Shown here: piece after piece, positions 29,217 to 38,492 of the stretch | How the letters are laid out: each line of letters opens with the position of its first letter | How positions within the stretch are numbered: position 1 is the first letter of the stretch | NCBI GenBank assembly: GCA_019894975.1 | Contig: JAGXNO010000010.1 | Coordinates: 18,704-82,703 of the forward strand | Direction: 5' to 3' | DNA from: Promethearchaeota archaeon | Lineage (GTDB): Archaea; Asgardarchaeota; Lokiarchaeia; Sigyniarchaeales; SOKP01 | DNA length: 64,000 bases | Notes under the pieces: generated by a model | The model's input: only the letters and a program-made list of their open reading frames with translations | Told to the model about the DNA's origin: nothing | The model's database searches: none | Program-made: the position numbers and the translations under genes

Positions 29217-30116
29217 TTAGGATAATATGTATCCGTTGTTTTTCATGATTATTAAACCGTTTTTAAGAAACTTTTCGAAATGTTTTTCTATCATAACTAA
29301 TTCTGATATAATTTCGAAATTTTCATAGGTATATCTTCTATATATTAAATTTTTACCCTTAAGGTCAATTGGTCGAATATGTTTCTTCTCAGATAAATTA
29401 GATAATATCCTTTCATCTCTCTTGAAAATAACCGATTTAAAATTGTCTAACTCAGATAGAATGTTATTCTTACCATATACAGGATTTTTATGGCCTAACA
29501 CAACAGTTTCTGCCCCCAAATCTTTAAGTTTGTCAATAGAATTTTCATATTCCATCAAATTAGAGTCAATACTTGCATAATATGGAAATCTTGTTAAATC
29601 CATATCCCCAAAAAATGCAATTTTTGAATTAAGCTCAATAAATCCACAGTGACCCGCTGTATGGCCTGGACTATGGATTACTTTTAATTTTAAAGAATTA
29701 CCTATTTCAATAATTTCATTGTCTGCAATAAATGCTGATATTTTGGTATTTTGCATTCCAAACATGTCAAATAAAGTTTTAAATTCTTCTCCTGCCTTTT
29801 CACCTTGAACTCTATAATAGGGAAACATTTGTGTTATATCTTCAATAGGAATTTTATCTTTTTCATGACAAATGAATTTTGCACTAGGAAATAAATTATT
29901 ACCAGATATATGATCCTCGTGCCAATGACTTAGTACTACGGTTTTGATTTGAAAATCTTTTTGGATTTTTCTTAAACGTCGCCCTGAAACTCCTGTATCT
30001 ATTAAGGTGTTTCCAACAAGTAATGAGTGAGAATACGGATAATTTCCCTTTCCCTCTCCTTCTATAAAATAGATATTTTCAAACTCCTCAGATAATGTTT
30101 GTATAAAGTCTTGCAT
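29217..30116 (-). CDS. MBL-fold metallo-hydrolase
   Basis: IDTG, SHWHEDHISG, PGHTAGH, GD, GH. Confidence 0.9.
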   Translation of the reverse strand: MQDFIQTLSEEFENIYFIEGEGKGNYPYSHSLLVGNTLIDTGVSGRRLRKIQKDFQIKTVVLSHWHEDHISGNNLFPSAKFICHEKDKIPIEDITQMFPYYRVQGEKAGEEFKTLFDMFGMQNTKISAFIADNEIIEIGNSLKLKVIHSPGHTAGHCGFIELNSKIAFFGDMDLTRFPYYASIDSNLMEYENSIDKLKDLGAETVVLGHKNPVYGKNNILSELDNFKSVIFKRDERILSNLSEKKHIRPIDLKGKNLIYRRYTYENFEIISELVMIEKHFEKFLKNGLIIMKNNGYILS

Positions 30117-30330
30117 CGTGATTCATAGTAGTAAAAATTTGAGAAATTTAAACGATTTAGCTTTCTTAAAGTTTGGGATTAAACTCAAGCAAATTGATAA
30201 TTCTTAATTTTTACCTTTGGTTTCTTAACGAATAATTCTAATTTCTTGTTGGACTAAATTGTAGGAGTTTTTATGGTTCTAGAGAAAATGATGATTAAGA
30301 TAAATCAAATAAAAATACACATACCAAATT

Positions 30331-30498
30331 ATGTATTATTTGTGCCCAAATTGCTCTTCAAACAGAAAACCAAAGGTTATCAACTATTTTCCCCCTATAA
30401 CTGCTAAATGTTTAGAGTGCGGATACATGAATCTAGAAAATAAGTTTATAAAAGAAGAAGAGCACAGTTTCAATCAACAACTCAATTATTCTCTTTGA
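30331..30498 (+). CDS. Small zinc-finger protein (55 aa), below ORF-track cutoff
   Basis: MYYLCPNCSSNRKPKVINYFPPITAKCLECGYMNLENKF..; CPxC..CxxCG. Confidence 0.72.
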   Translation: MYYLCPNCSSNRKPKVINYFPPITAKCLECGYMNLENKFIKEEEHSFNQQLNYSL

Positions 30499-30536
30499 GT
30501 TATTCTATTTATTCTTTTTTTTATTTTAAAGGTATA

Positions 30537-32012
30537 TTAATAACTTTTAGCGATATACACAGTACATCCCGCGGGTTTTCCACATATCAGACAAGTAGCA
30601 AATTCATGTTTTTCCTCATCAACTCGTTTACCTCGTACTTCTCCTCCAATTTCTTTCTCTACTATTTCAGCACACTTTAACGCTTCCATATCAATTGAAC
30701 AAAATCCACAACAAACTATTTTTCCATTATCAATTGCTTTAATTGCAGCATCTTTTTCATATACTAGTTCTACTTGAGATTCGAAGTCTGTTAAGGATTT
30801 TTCCTTTATTTCTTTAGTATAATTTTGAGCAATTTCATCAATTCTCTCGATCAGATTTTCCTCTTTTATTTCAAATCTCTTTCCGTCATGCCTTTTTACA
30901 ACAATAACCTGCTGTTTTTCTATATCTCTTGGTCCTATTTCGATTCTTATAGGTACACCTTTCAATTCCCAGGTATAAAATTTATTTCCCACAGACTCAT
31001 CTGAATCATCGATTTTAATAACATATTTGTCTTTGAAGAGATCGTAAATTTCCTTTACTTTATCCAGCACTATTTTTTCTTTTCCCTTAAAAATAATGGG
31101 GATAATAACAATCTGAACCGGGGCTAAGTCGAAAGGTAATACTAAACCATTGTCATCACCCAAATAAGCAATCATCGCTCCATAATTCCTACTTTGAGAA
31201 GGACCATAACAGGTCTGATAACCATATTTCTCTTCACCATCAGTATCGATAAATTTTACATTAAAAGCTTTTGAGAATTTCTGACCTAACAAATGAGTAG
31301 AAGGCAACTGTAAGACTTTTCCTGATCCCATTAATGCATCTGCTGCATATGTGTGAACAGCACCTGCAAATTTATCCCATTCTGGTCTTTGAAAGAAGAT
31401 TATGGGGATACAACACTCATCCCGAAGAATTTGATAAGTTGATTCCATATCTTCTTTTACTTGCTTCATTGCATCTTCCATTGTGGCAAACACATTATGG
31501 GATTCAATCCAATGAAATTCTCTACCCCTAAAAAATGGTCTTGTCATTTTTCCTTCATATCTCCAGACTTGACATGAGAGATATCTTTTAAAGGGGAGAT
31601 CTTTATAACTTCTTATCCACATAGAATACATTTTGTATAATGCTGTTTCGCTTGTTGGCCGTAATGCTAAACGTTCAGTTAGTTTGCCTGAACTTCCTGC
31701 TTCAGTAACCCAAAATACCTCTGGGGCAAACCCTTTAACATGTTCTGCTTCTAATAAGAAATTTGATTCAGGAATTAGCGAAGGCATTGTAAGGGGGAGA
31801 TGATCTTTCTTGTCTAACAAATCCTCTGTCTTTCTATACATTCTTCTAATTGTAATCGTTGCCCATTCACGGTATACAACGAATCCTTTAATATTATACC
31901 TAATATCAGCTAATTCTGCTTTAGTAATCAATTCTGTGTACCAACCGGAAAAATCTTCTTCCTTTGATACAGTTATTCCTATTATTGGAACTTCCTTCTT
32001 CTTTTTTGCCAT
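30537..32012 (-). CDS. proS: Proline--tRNA ligase (archaeal/eukaryotic type)
   Basis: FSGWY, LRPTSET, WIRSYKDLP, RPFFR.REF.W.E.H, H.LGQ.FSKAF, anticodon domain, C-terminal AKSY. Confidence 0.97.
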   Translation of the reverse strand: MAKKKKEVPIIGITVSKEEDFSGWYTELITKAELADIRYNIKGFVVYREWATITIRRMYRKTEDLLDKKDHLPLTMPSLIPESNFLLEAEHVKGFAPEVFWVTEAGSSGKLTERLALRPTSETALYKMYSMWIRSYKDLPFKRYLSCQVWRYEGKMTRPFFRGREFHWIESHNVFATMEDAMKQVKEDMESTYQILRDECCIPIIFFQRPEWDKFAGAVHTYAADALMGSGKVLQLPSTHLLGQKFSKAFNVKFIDTDGEEKYGYQTCYGPSQSRNYGAMIAYLGDDNGLVLPFDLAPVQIVIIPIIFKGKEKIVLDKVKEIYDLFKDKYVIKIDDSDESVGNKFYTWELKGVPIRIEIGPRDIEKQQVIVVKRHDGKRFEIKEENLIERIDEIAQNYTKEIKEKSLTDFESQVELVYEKDAAIKAIDNGKIVCCGFCSIDMEALKCAEIVEKEIGGEVRGKRVDEEKHEFATCLICGKPAGCTVYIAKSY

Positions 32013-32080
32013 TGAAAACCATGTAATAAAATACTTTAAAAGTTAAAAATTTTATGAGTAAACCACCAAAAATCACATTT

Positions 32081-33067
32081 TTAGACTACCGAAGGATTTC
32101 TAAGATCATTTAAGATTATCTCTAAATCTTGATATAGTCTTGGATAAAGCTTGGCAAATAAACGATACCAATCAATCCCAATCATTCCCCCTGCAAGAAA
32201 ACAAAGAAAAAATCCTATAAAGACTATAGTTTCATGATTTAAATTGAAAATCTCCTTAGGCAAGAAATCAGTTCCATGAATAAACATGTTCAAAGCAAAA
32301 GAGTTTAATAAAATTCCAAAAGGATAATATAATCCTCTTGGAGATTTAAAAAAATGTATAGAATCTTGAGCAATTTCGTTGAATACAGGTGATATTTTAC
32401 TTACTGGTTGAATTCGACGTGTTTCAATGAATTTTAACCTAATAACGTCTCTTCTATCCCTTAAAACTAAAAAACTCCCACTAAATAGAAACAAAAAAAG
32501 CAAAATCATGTCAAGTGCGAGAAAAATTCTTAACTTCCTCTTTAATACTTCATGTTGGATCATTAGCAAGCGAATTATCCAAAAAATGAATGCTATAAAG
32601 ACAAATATTATCCCAACAAAACCCTCATGTACATGATAATTTTTAATAATCTTCCATTTTCTATTAGGATTAGAATTATTCCTGATGTATTTAATAATAT
32701 ACAGATTTAATCCTGGAGATAAAATAGAAAGACTTAATATAGCAGAGATATGCCTTATAGTTGTCCAATTCCACCAACCGAGCTCGATCTTAAAAAATTC
32801 AAGGAAATAAATACCAATCCATAATAGGGTTCCAATGGGGGCAATTATATTAAAGATCTTGATGTATAAATTGAAATCAATTAAAAATGTTAACAAATAA
32901 AAGAAAGAGATAAAAAAAAAAATGGTTATCATCCAATTGACTTGTACATCAATAGAATACCATTCAAATTGTTGATTATAATAGAAAAAATAAAAGATAA
33001 TAAAAGAACTCGAAACTAGTAAAAAACAAAGAATCACTATTTTTAGACCAAATAAATATCTCTTCAT
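32081..33067 (-). CDS. Multi-pass membrane protein
   Basis: About 8 hydrophobic segments; YHVHEG motif. Confidence 0.75.
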   Translation of the reverse strand: MKRYLFGLKIVILCFLLVSSSFIIFYFFYYNQQFEWYSIDVQVNWMITIFFFISFFYLLTFLIDFNLYIKIFNIIAPIGTLLWIGIYFLEFFKIELGWWNWTTIRHISAILSLSILSPGLNLYIIKYIRNNSNPNRKWKIIKNYHVHEGFVGIIFVFIAFIFWIIRLLMIQHEVLKRKLRIFLALDMILLFLFLFSGSFLVLRDRRDVIRLKFIETRRIQPVSKISPVFNEIAQDSIHFFKSPRGLYYPFGILLNSFALNMFIHGTDFLPKEIFNLNHETIVFIGFFLCFLAGGMIGIDWYRLFAKLYPRLYQDLEIILNDLRNPSVV

Positions 33068-33181
33068 TGAACCTAATAATACAACTAATAATACTTAACT
33101 ATAATTAGTTAAATTGATTTAAGAATGTTTTACAAAGAAGAGATCTGGTAGAGAATAATAGGAAGTAAATATGTTATTAAT

Positions 33182-33949
33182 CTAATCAGGAAGAAGTTTT
33201 GCATCTGTAATAACAATTTCATTTTTAATCACAGATTCATAGTTTTTTGAATCCAAATACTTCTTAATTTCTTCCCCTATTTTTGCTAAATCCCTAAAAT
33301 CTTGGTCTTCACTTATCTCGTACATTATAATCGACTTTGCAGATTCTAAGTCTTCTTTGCTTAATGTATCTTCAACTGATATTACGACTGAAACAGCACC
33401 GGCTACTAATGCTATCTTTTTGATTTCCTCCTCCAAGGAACCAAATGTAAAGTAATTCCTACTTTTTCTTTCAATTTTTTCTATCAACACTTTTTCTAAA
33501 TTCTGCCGTGAATTTTGATCATAGAAGGCAGTCAATTCTTGAGTGCAAATATTTCTGTATTTCCCAGAAATCAGGTCATTTTTGTCATGAATAAATTCTA
33601 TTAATTTATCATAATACTCTTGGTCAATCTTGTGGAAGTTTTCAATATTTCTTACTAAATCTGTTAAATAGAAAATCAAATCATAATAAAATTTCAAGGT
33701 AGAATTAATATCTAGCTTATCATCCATCGCTTTTATTTCAGGATAATACTTTTTGAGTATAAGGTTGATGTTATGATTAAAATCAGCACATAATTTAGCA
33801 ATTTCGTTGATATTCTTCACCGATTTCTTATTTAATTGAGAAAGGAGATTCTCATCTAAGTTTAATAACTCTTCAAATACTTCCTTAATTTTTGAATTAT
33901 ATTTTTTTTCTATGTAGCTCATACCCTTATAAATTAGATAAAAATACAT
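33182..33949 (-). CDS. Hypothetical protein
   Basis: 255-aa helical ORF; start possibly the second Met (MSYIEK). Confidence 0.7.
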   Translation of the reverse strand: MYFYLIYKGMSYIEKKYNSKIKEVFEELLNLDENLLSQLNKKSVKNINEIAKLCADFNHNINLILKKYYPEIKAMDDKLDINSTLKFYYDLIFYLTDLVRNIENFHKIDQEYYDKLIEFIHDKNDLISGKYRNICTQELTAFYDQNSRQNLEKVLIEKIERKSRNYFTFGSLEEEIKKIALVAGAVSVVISVEDTLSKEDLESAKSIIMYEISEDQDFRDLAKIGEEIKKYLDSKNYESVIKNEIVITDAKLLPD

Positions 33950-34042
33950 CTATATAATGTTATTCATTCGCTTATCTCTGAGAAATAGCTAAATATAATC
34001 ATTAAATTGATATAAACTTCTTCAGAGATTTACTTTTACAAG

Positions 34043-35245
34043 TTAAAGAATGAATAATTTCGTCGCTTCCATAACAGCTCCACTGATGATTGGAACCGAA
34101 AAATTATCATTTACTCCAATAGGGAGTAATTCGATCAATGGTGCAGCAATCCCGCCAGATAATAATACAATTAAGGGTATATCAATTGTTGTGTAGAGGA
34201 TAAATCCAAATAGTATAACTGATCCTATAAAGGCAAGAGTTCCTTCAAGAGTTTTTTCAAATATCTTATGTCGGCCATATGCTAATCCAAATACTTTACC
34301 AAACATATCCCCAAATACTAGAAAAATTAGGGCAGCTATAGCGATTTCAATCTCAAAAAATAGCAAAATAATAAAAGTGGACATGAGAAATATTGTCATT
34401 GACGAAAATTTATTTTTCTCATTTTTTCTATAAATTGCTTTTGTCTTTTCTGTTAGTAAAACATTGGTTTTTTTATGGACAAATCTAAAGATGTCAAGAG
34501 CTATAAAGCATAGACTCACAATTCCTATAACTGCAAGACCAAGCTGAACATCAATAAAATAGAATATTAGAAATAACAATGATACGGGTCTTATTGCAAC
34601 CCTCCACCAATTTGCTAAAAATTCTTCATCAGTGATCACTAATTTTTTTTCTGTGATTACTTTATACATCCCAATACTACCAATATGGATGAGAATTATC
34701 ACAAAAAATAAGTTATACCCACTTGTAGGATATATTAAAAACACAGAATAACCAAGCAATGGAAACAACACTGCTGGCAATAAGCTTCCTGATTTAGAAA
34801 TATAAGTAAAAATTGTTACCAATATTAACAAAAAGATAATCACATAAAAAATATTGAAGCTGACAGTTAAATAATTTACAAGATAATATAGCAATATTCC
34901 CGTTGCTGTAGCATTACCTTGACCTCCCTTAAAGTCTAAATAAAAGGGAAATACATGCCCCACGATAGCTGCTAATCCACTAACTTGGATGAAAATAAAA
35001 TCTGCACCCAGAGAATATGCTATTAACATCGCTAGCAGTCCCTTTAACGTATCATATAAAGCCGTTGGGATCGCATAACTAAGACCCAGAACCTTAAACG
35101 CATTTGAAGTTCCTGCATTTTTCGTACCTTCTTCTCTTATATCAATACCTTTTACCTTACCAAAGATAAAAGCGGGTAATATTCCACCAAGGACATAGCC
35201 TATTAATATACTTAATACTCCTATTATAATATCGAAAAAGTTCAT
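34043..35245 (-). CDS. plsY: Glycerol-3-phosphate acyltransferase PlsY fused to a CTP-dependent polyprenol/diacylglycerol kinase-like domain
   Basis: GY.LG, DIREEGTKNAGTSN, D.LKG, GH.FP..F.GGQG.AT PlsY motifs; C-half FGD..G...G..K...KTLEG.LAF..E..DNF.VP. Confidence 0.85.
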   Translation of the reverse strand: MNFFDIIIGVLSILIGYVLGGILPAFIFGKVKGIDIREEGTKNAGTSNAFKVLGLSYAIPTALYDTLKGLLAMLIAYSLGADFIFIQVSGLAAIVGHVFPFYLDFKGGQGNATATGILLYYLVNYLTVSFNIFYVIIFLLILVTIFTYISKSGSLLPAVLFPLLGYSVFLIYPTSGYNLFFVIILIHIGSIGMYKVITEKKLVITDEEFLANWWRVAIRPVSLLFLIFYFIDVQLGLAVIGIVSLCFIALDIFRFVHKKTNVLLTEKTKAIYRKNEKNKFSSMTIFLMSTFIILLFFEIEIAIAALIFLVFGDMFGKVFGLAYGRHKIFEKTLEGTLAFIGSVILFGFILYTTIDIPLIVLLSGGIAAPLIELLPIGVNDNFSVPIISGAVMEATKLFIL

Positions 35246-35441
35246 AAACCAACACTTTTGCAAATAGTATGAACTAATTTAAACATATATGGTAGAATGG
35301 AATATAAAATAAAAAAAGAAAAAAATTTTATTCTTATTGCGTGGCGTATGATTAATTCATATTAAATTTCAGATTTCTTTCAAAAAAAAGTTAAAATTTT
35401 TCTATGTAGTATTAATTACTGTACTTTAATAAATCTATTAC

Positions 35442-36299
35442 GTGGTGCTTATGAAAGAATATAAAACTTTAAAAATTGAAGAACGAGAAGAGGGAATCTC
35501 TATTATAACTCTTAACAGACCTAAAAGGCTGAATGCAATTAACTTTGAATTAATAGAGGAGTTTAATGATTATTTAGATTATCTAGAAAATAATTATGAA
35601 ATCTATGTTGTTATTTTAATTGGTGAAGGACGGGCGTTCTCAGCGGGACTCGACTTAAAGGGTATTAATTTACTAAGTAATAATGAGCTGGCCAAAAATG
35701 ATCCTAGATTCAAATATCTTAAAACAGAAGACTCGATTAAAGTTGGTCATATATTTCAAAAACGTTTAACTCAGATGATGATTAAACTGAGAAAAATTCC
35801 CCAACCTGTAATAGCGGCAGTCAAGGGCCCTGCTTATGGAGGTGGTTTAGCTTTTTCATTAGCCGCTGATATACGGATTGCCGGAGAAAGTGCAGTCTTC
35901 TGTAATGCTTTTATAAAAATTGGTGTATCCGGGGCGGATTGCGGAAGTACATATTGGCTTCCCCGCATAATTGGATTCTCAGACGCTGCAGAAATCATTT
36001 ATACAGGAAAGGATGTTGACGCTCAAGAAGCTAAACGAATTAGACTTGTTTCAAAAGTAGTGCCTGATGATAAAATACTTGATGAAGCCCTAAAAATCGC
36101 AAAAAATATGCTAAATAAAAGTGTTTTAGGTCTTCGATTAACCAAACAAGCATTAAATATTAATATCGATGCACCCTCTCTAGAAGCGGCAATTGAGCTA
36201 GAAAACCAAATTCAGAACGTAGCCAGTCAGTCAATTGATGCAGAAGAGGCAAGAGTAGCGTTTTCCGAAAAGAGAGAACCAAAGTTTAGTAAGTGGTGA
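35442..36299 (+). CDS. Enoyl-CoA hydratase/isomerase (crotonase) family protein
   Basis: TLNRP.RLNA, AFSAGLDL, PVIAAV.G.A.GGG, DIRIA, F.EKREP.F. Confidence 0.92.
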   Translation: MVLMKEYKTLKIEEREEGISIITLNRPKRLNAINFELIEEFNDYLDYLENNYEIYVVILIGEGRAFSAGLDLKGINLLSNNELAKNDPRFKYLKTEDSIKVGHIFQKRLTQMMIKLRKIPQPVIAAVKGPAYGGGLAFSLAADIRIAGESAVFCNAFIKIGVSGADCGSTYWLPRIIGFSDAAEIIYTGKDVDAQEAKRIRLVSKVVPDDKILDEALKIAKNMLNKSVLGLRLTKQALNINIDAPSLEAAIELENQIQNVASQSIDAEEARVAFSEKREPKFSKW

Positions 36300-36333
36300 A
36301 ATTTTATAGATTAAATCAATACTAGTGAAGATT

Positions 36334-36423
36334 TTGATCAAGAGAATTTCTAAAGATGAGTATTTTTTGAAGATAGCGGAAGTTGTAAACTTCGAGAAGA
36401 AATGTGAAATGCTAAGTTGTTAG
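36334..36423 (+). pseudogene. N-terminal remnant of a dCMP deaminase-like gene
   Basis: xIKRISKDEYFLKIAEVV matches the dCMP deaminase N-terminal pattern, then degenerates to a stop. Confidence 0.55.
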
Positions 36424-36638
36424 GATTAAAAAATAAAAGAAAAATTTTAAAATCTTATGAATAGGAGGATTAGTGATTTTTCGGTCTAAGTTTATGGGTT
36501 GTAAACTATAATACTAAGAATGTTTAGAGGGTGTAAACTTTAAAATTAAGAAATAAAAGAAAAAAAAATAATAAAAAAATCTTGTTCTAATTGCTCGGTT
36601 TTGTTAAGTCTTTCAGTAGATTGTCCAATTCACTCAAA

Positions 36639-37571
36639 TCACTGAAGCTTGTTCTTGATTTGTTTAGAACGGCTGCGAAGTGTCACTTCCGTAACCTTTG
36701 CCACTTCAGATACTTCTGCTTGTGTCTTGCGGAAATTTCCAGCTTTGGCTGCCATGTAGATTACGCTTGCGGCTAAACCTTTTGGATCTTTTCCAGTTCG
36801 GAGCAGTCCGTTTTTTGAAGCTTCCACCAACATGTTAATCGCTTTTTTCTGAGTTTCCATTGGCAATCCGAGGTCGTTCCCGAACCGAAATACCAATTGT
36901 TCAGCCGTTATCGGCTTATACTTAAGTGCAAGCTCCGGCAACACATCTTTAACAACCATACCTAATGAACGGTGTACAGTTCTTCTTGGGGTCATGGAGG
37001 CTTCGCATACTTCTTCAAGTAAGCGAGGGAACTCGTGGACACGAATTGCGGCGTATAAGGATGCTGCAATGAAGCCGTCAATGCTTCTCCCCATGGTTAA
37101 TTTTTTCTTCGCGACAACACTGTAAATTTTCCATGCAGTTTCTTTAATATATTCTGGAATGTTCATTTTGCTTGTAAGCATTTTAAGCTTGGGCTTTGCT
37201 TCCCAGAAATTTCTTTCAATGCTGGAAATTAACGAGTTTTGAATTTTGGATAACCGTGAAAACAATGTTTTACCACGGGCATTAATCAAGCGACCCTTTG
37301 AATCAATTTTACTGTTAGGAAGCATAGTACGTGGTCCGAACTCACGCCATCGGGGTTCAGTACGTCTACGTTTGTTTACCTCTTCGACTGTGTATGCTCT
37401 ACGCTCATTTCCTACTAGATTGCGTCCAAGAATCATACCACAATTTGTACATACAGCATCTCCATCTTGTGGTTCAATACAAGGGGTATCGCAACATTGA
37501 GAATCTGAACTACTGCGTTCCTCTTCCGAATTCACTTTTGTAGAGCGAAGTCTGTCTTTATAATAACTCAT
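36639..37571 (-). CDS. tfb: Transcription initiation factor IIB
   Basis: Zn ribbon CC..C.NCG, two cyclin repeats (GRSIDGFIAASLYAAIR; GKDPKGLAASVIY..TQAEVSEVAKVTEVTLR.R). Confidence 0.95.
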   Translation of the reverse strand: MSYYKDRLRSTKVNSEEERSSSDSQCCDTPCIEPQDGDAVCTNCGMILGRNLVGNERRAYTVEEVNKRRRTEPRWREFGPRTMLPNSKIDSKGRLINARGKTLFSRLSKIQNSLISSIERNFWEAKPKLKMLTSKMNIPEYIKETAWKIYSVVAKKKLTMGRSIDGFIAASLYAAIRVHEFPRLLEEVCEASMTPRRTVHRSLGMVVKDVLPELALKYKPITAEQLVFRFGNDLGLPMETQKKAINMLVEASKNGLLRTGKDPKGLAASVIYMAAKAGNFRKTQAEVSEVAKVTEVTLRSRSKQIKNKLQ

Positions 37572-37919
37572 TTTTCTTCACTTGTGTTAATTCTTTTTGT
37601 TTTGATTGATGTAGTAATCGATGTTTGATCTATTTTCTACATTCTTTTTTGTGTTACAATATTCATGAGATCATTTATGTATAAAATTCTATCAATTATA
37701 AAAGATAAATGATCTGATCTTATTATATAAGATACTTTAAGTTAGTCATGCATATATAAGCTTTTGTATAAGATTTTGCTACGCATAACAGAACGGACAA
37801 AATATGGGCAAAGAGTGGGAAATCAAAAAAAATTATAAAATATAAGCCTTTAGATTTTAGTTGTAATTCTCAGAGATCATTATAGAAAAATCTAAATGTC
37901 TTAAGAGAGTTGAAAATAT

Positions 37920-38381
37920 ATGGCGAATTTAAAAAAACAAGCTGATTCATTGGGTTTAACAAAGCTTCCTAAATACACATTTTACTGTCAACCAAAAGGA
38001 ATTAAGAAAAAATTCTCAACAACTAAACCGAGATTCATTTATTCTATAGAAGACTATTTGAAAGGTCTTGATCAATCCGTTCAAGAAGGAGATTCTGGAA
38101 GTGCAAGAACAGTAAAATCCCACATTTTAGCACCTCAAGCAGGTTTATTTCTTGAAACAATATCTAAAATTGCTGGTTTCTCTGCTATGAGTGCCGATAA
38201 TTATGTGAGCGAAATAAATATTTACACTGAAAACACAGATTTGGTAAAAAATATTGTTAAGATTCTGAATAACCAATGGGAAGATGGAATTATTCCTCAC
38301 ATTGACTTTAATAAAATCCAAAAGAAGTTTGGCGTTAAACGAGATGATGTCATTAATGCCTGGAATTCATTTCTCCAATAA
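37920..38381 (+). CDS. Hypothetical protein
   Basis: 153-aa ORF divergent from tfb. Confidence 0.7.
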   Translation: MANLKKQADSLGLTKLPKYTFYCQPKGIKKKFSTTKPRFIYSIEDYLKGLDQSVQEGDSGSARTVKSHILAPQAGLFLETISKIAGFSAMSADNYVSEINIYTENTDLVKNIVKILNNQWEDGIIPHIDFNKIQKKFGVKRDDVINAWNSFLQ

Positions 38382-38492
38382 AATTTAAAATGAATCCTAA
38401 AAAATTAATTATTAAAGTTATTTCTATTTTTTTTTTCTATTATTACATCGATTAAATTAGCATTTCTCGATATTTAGATTTGGGCATCTAGT

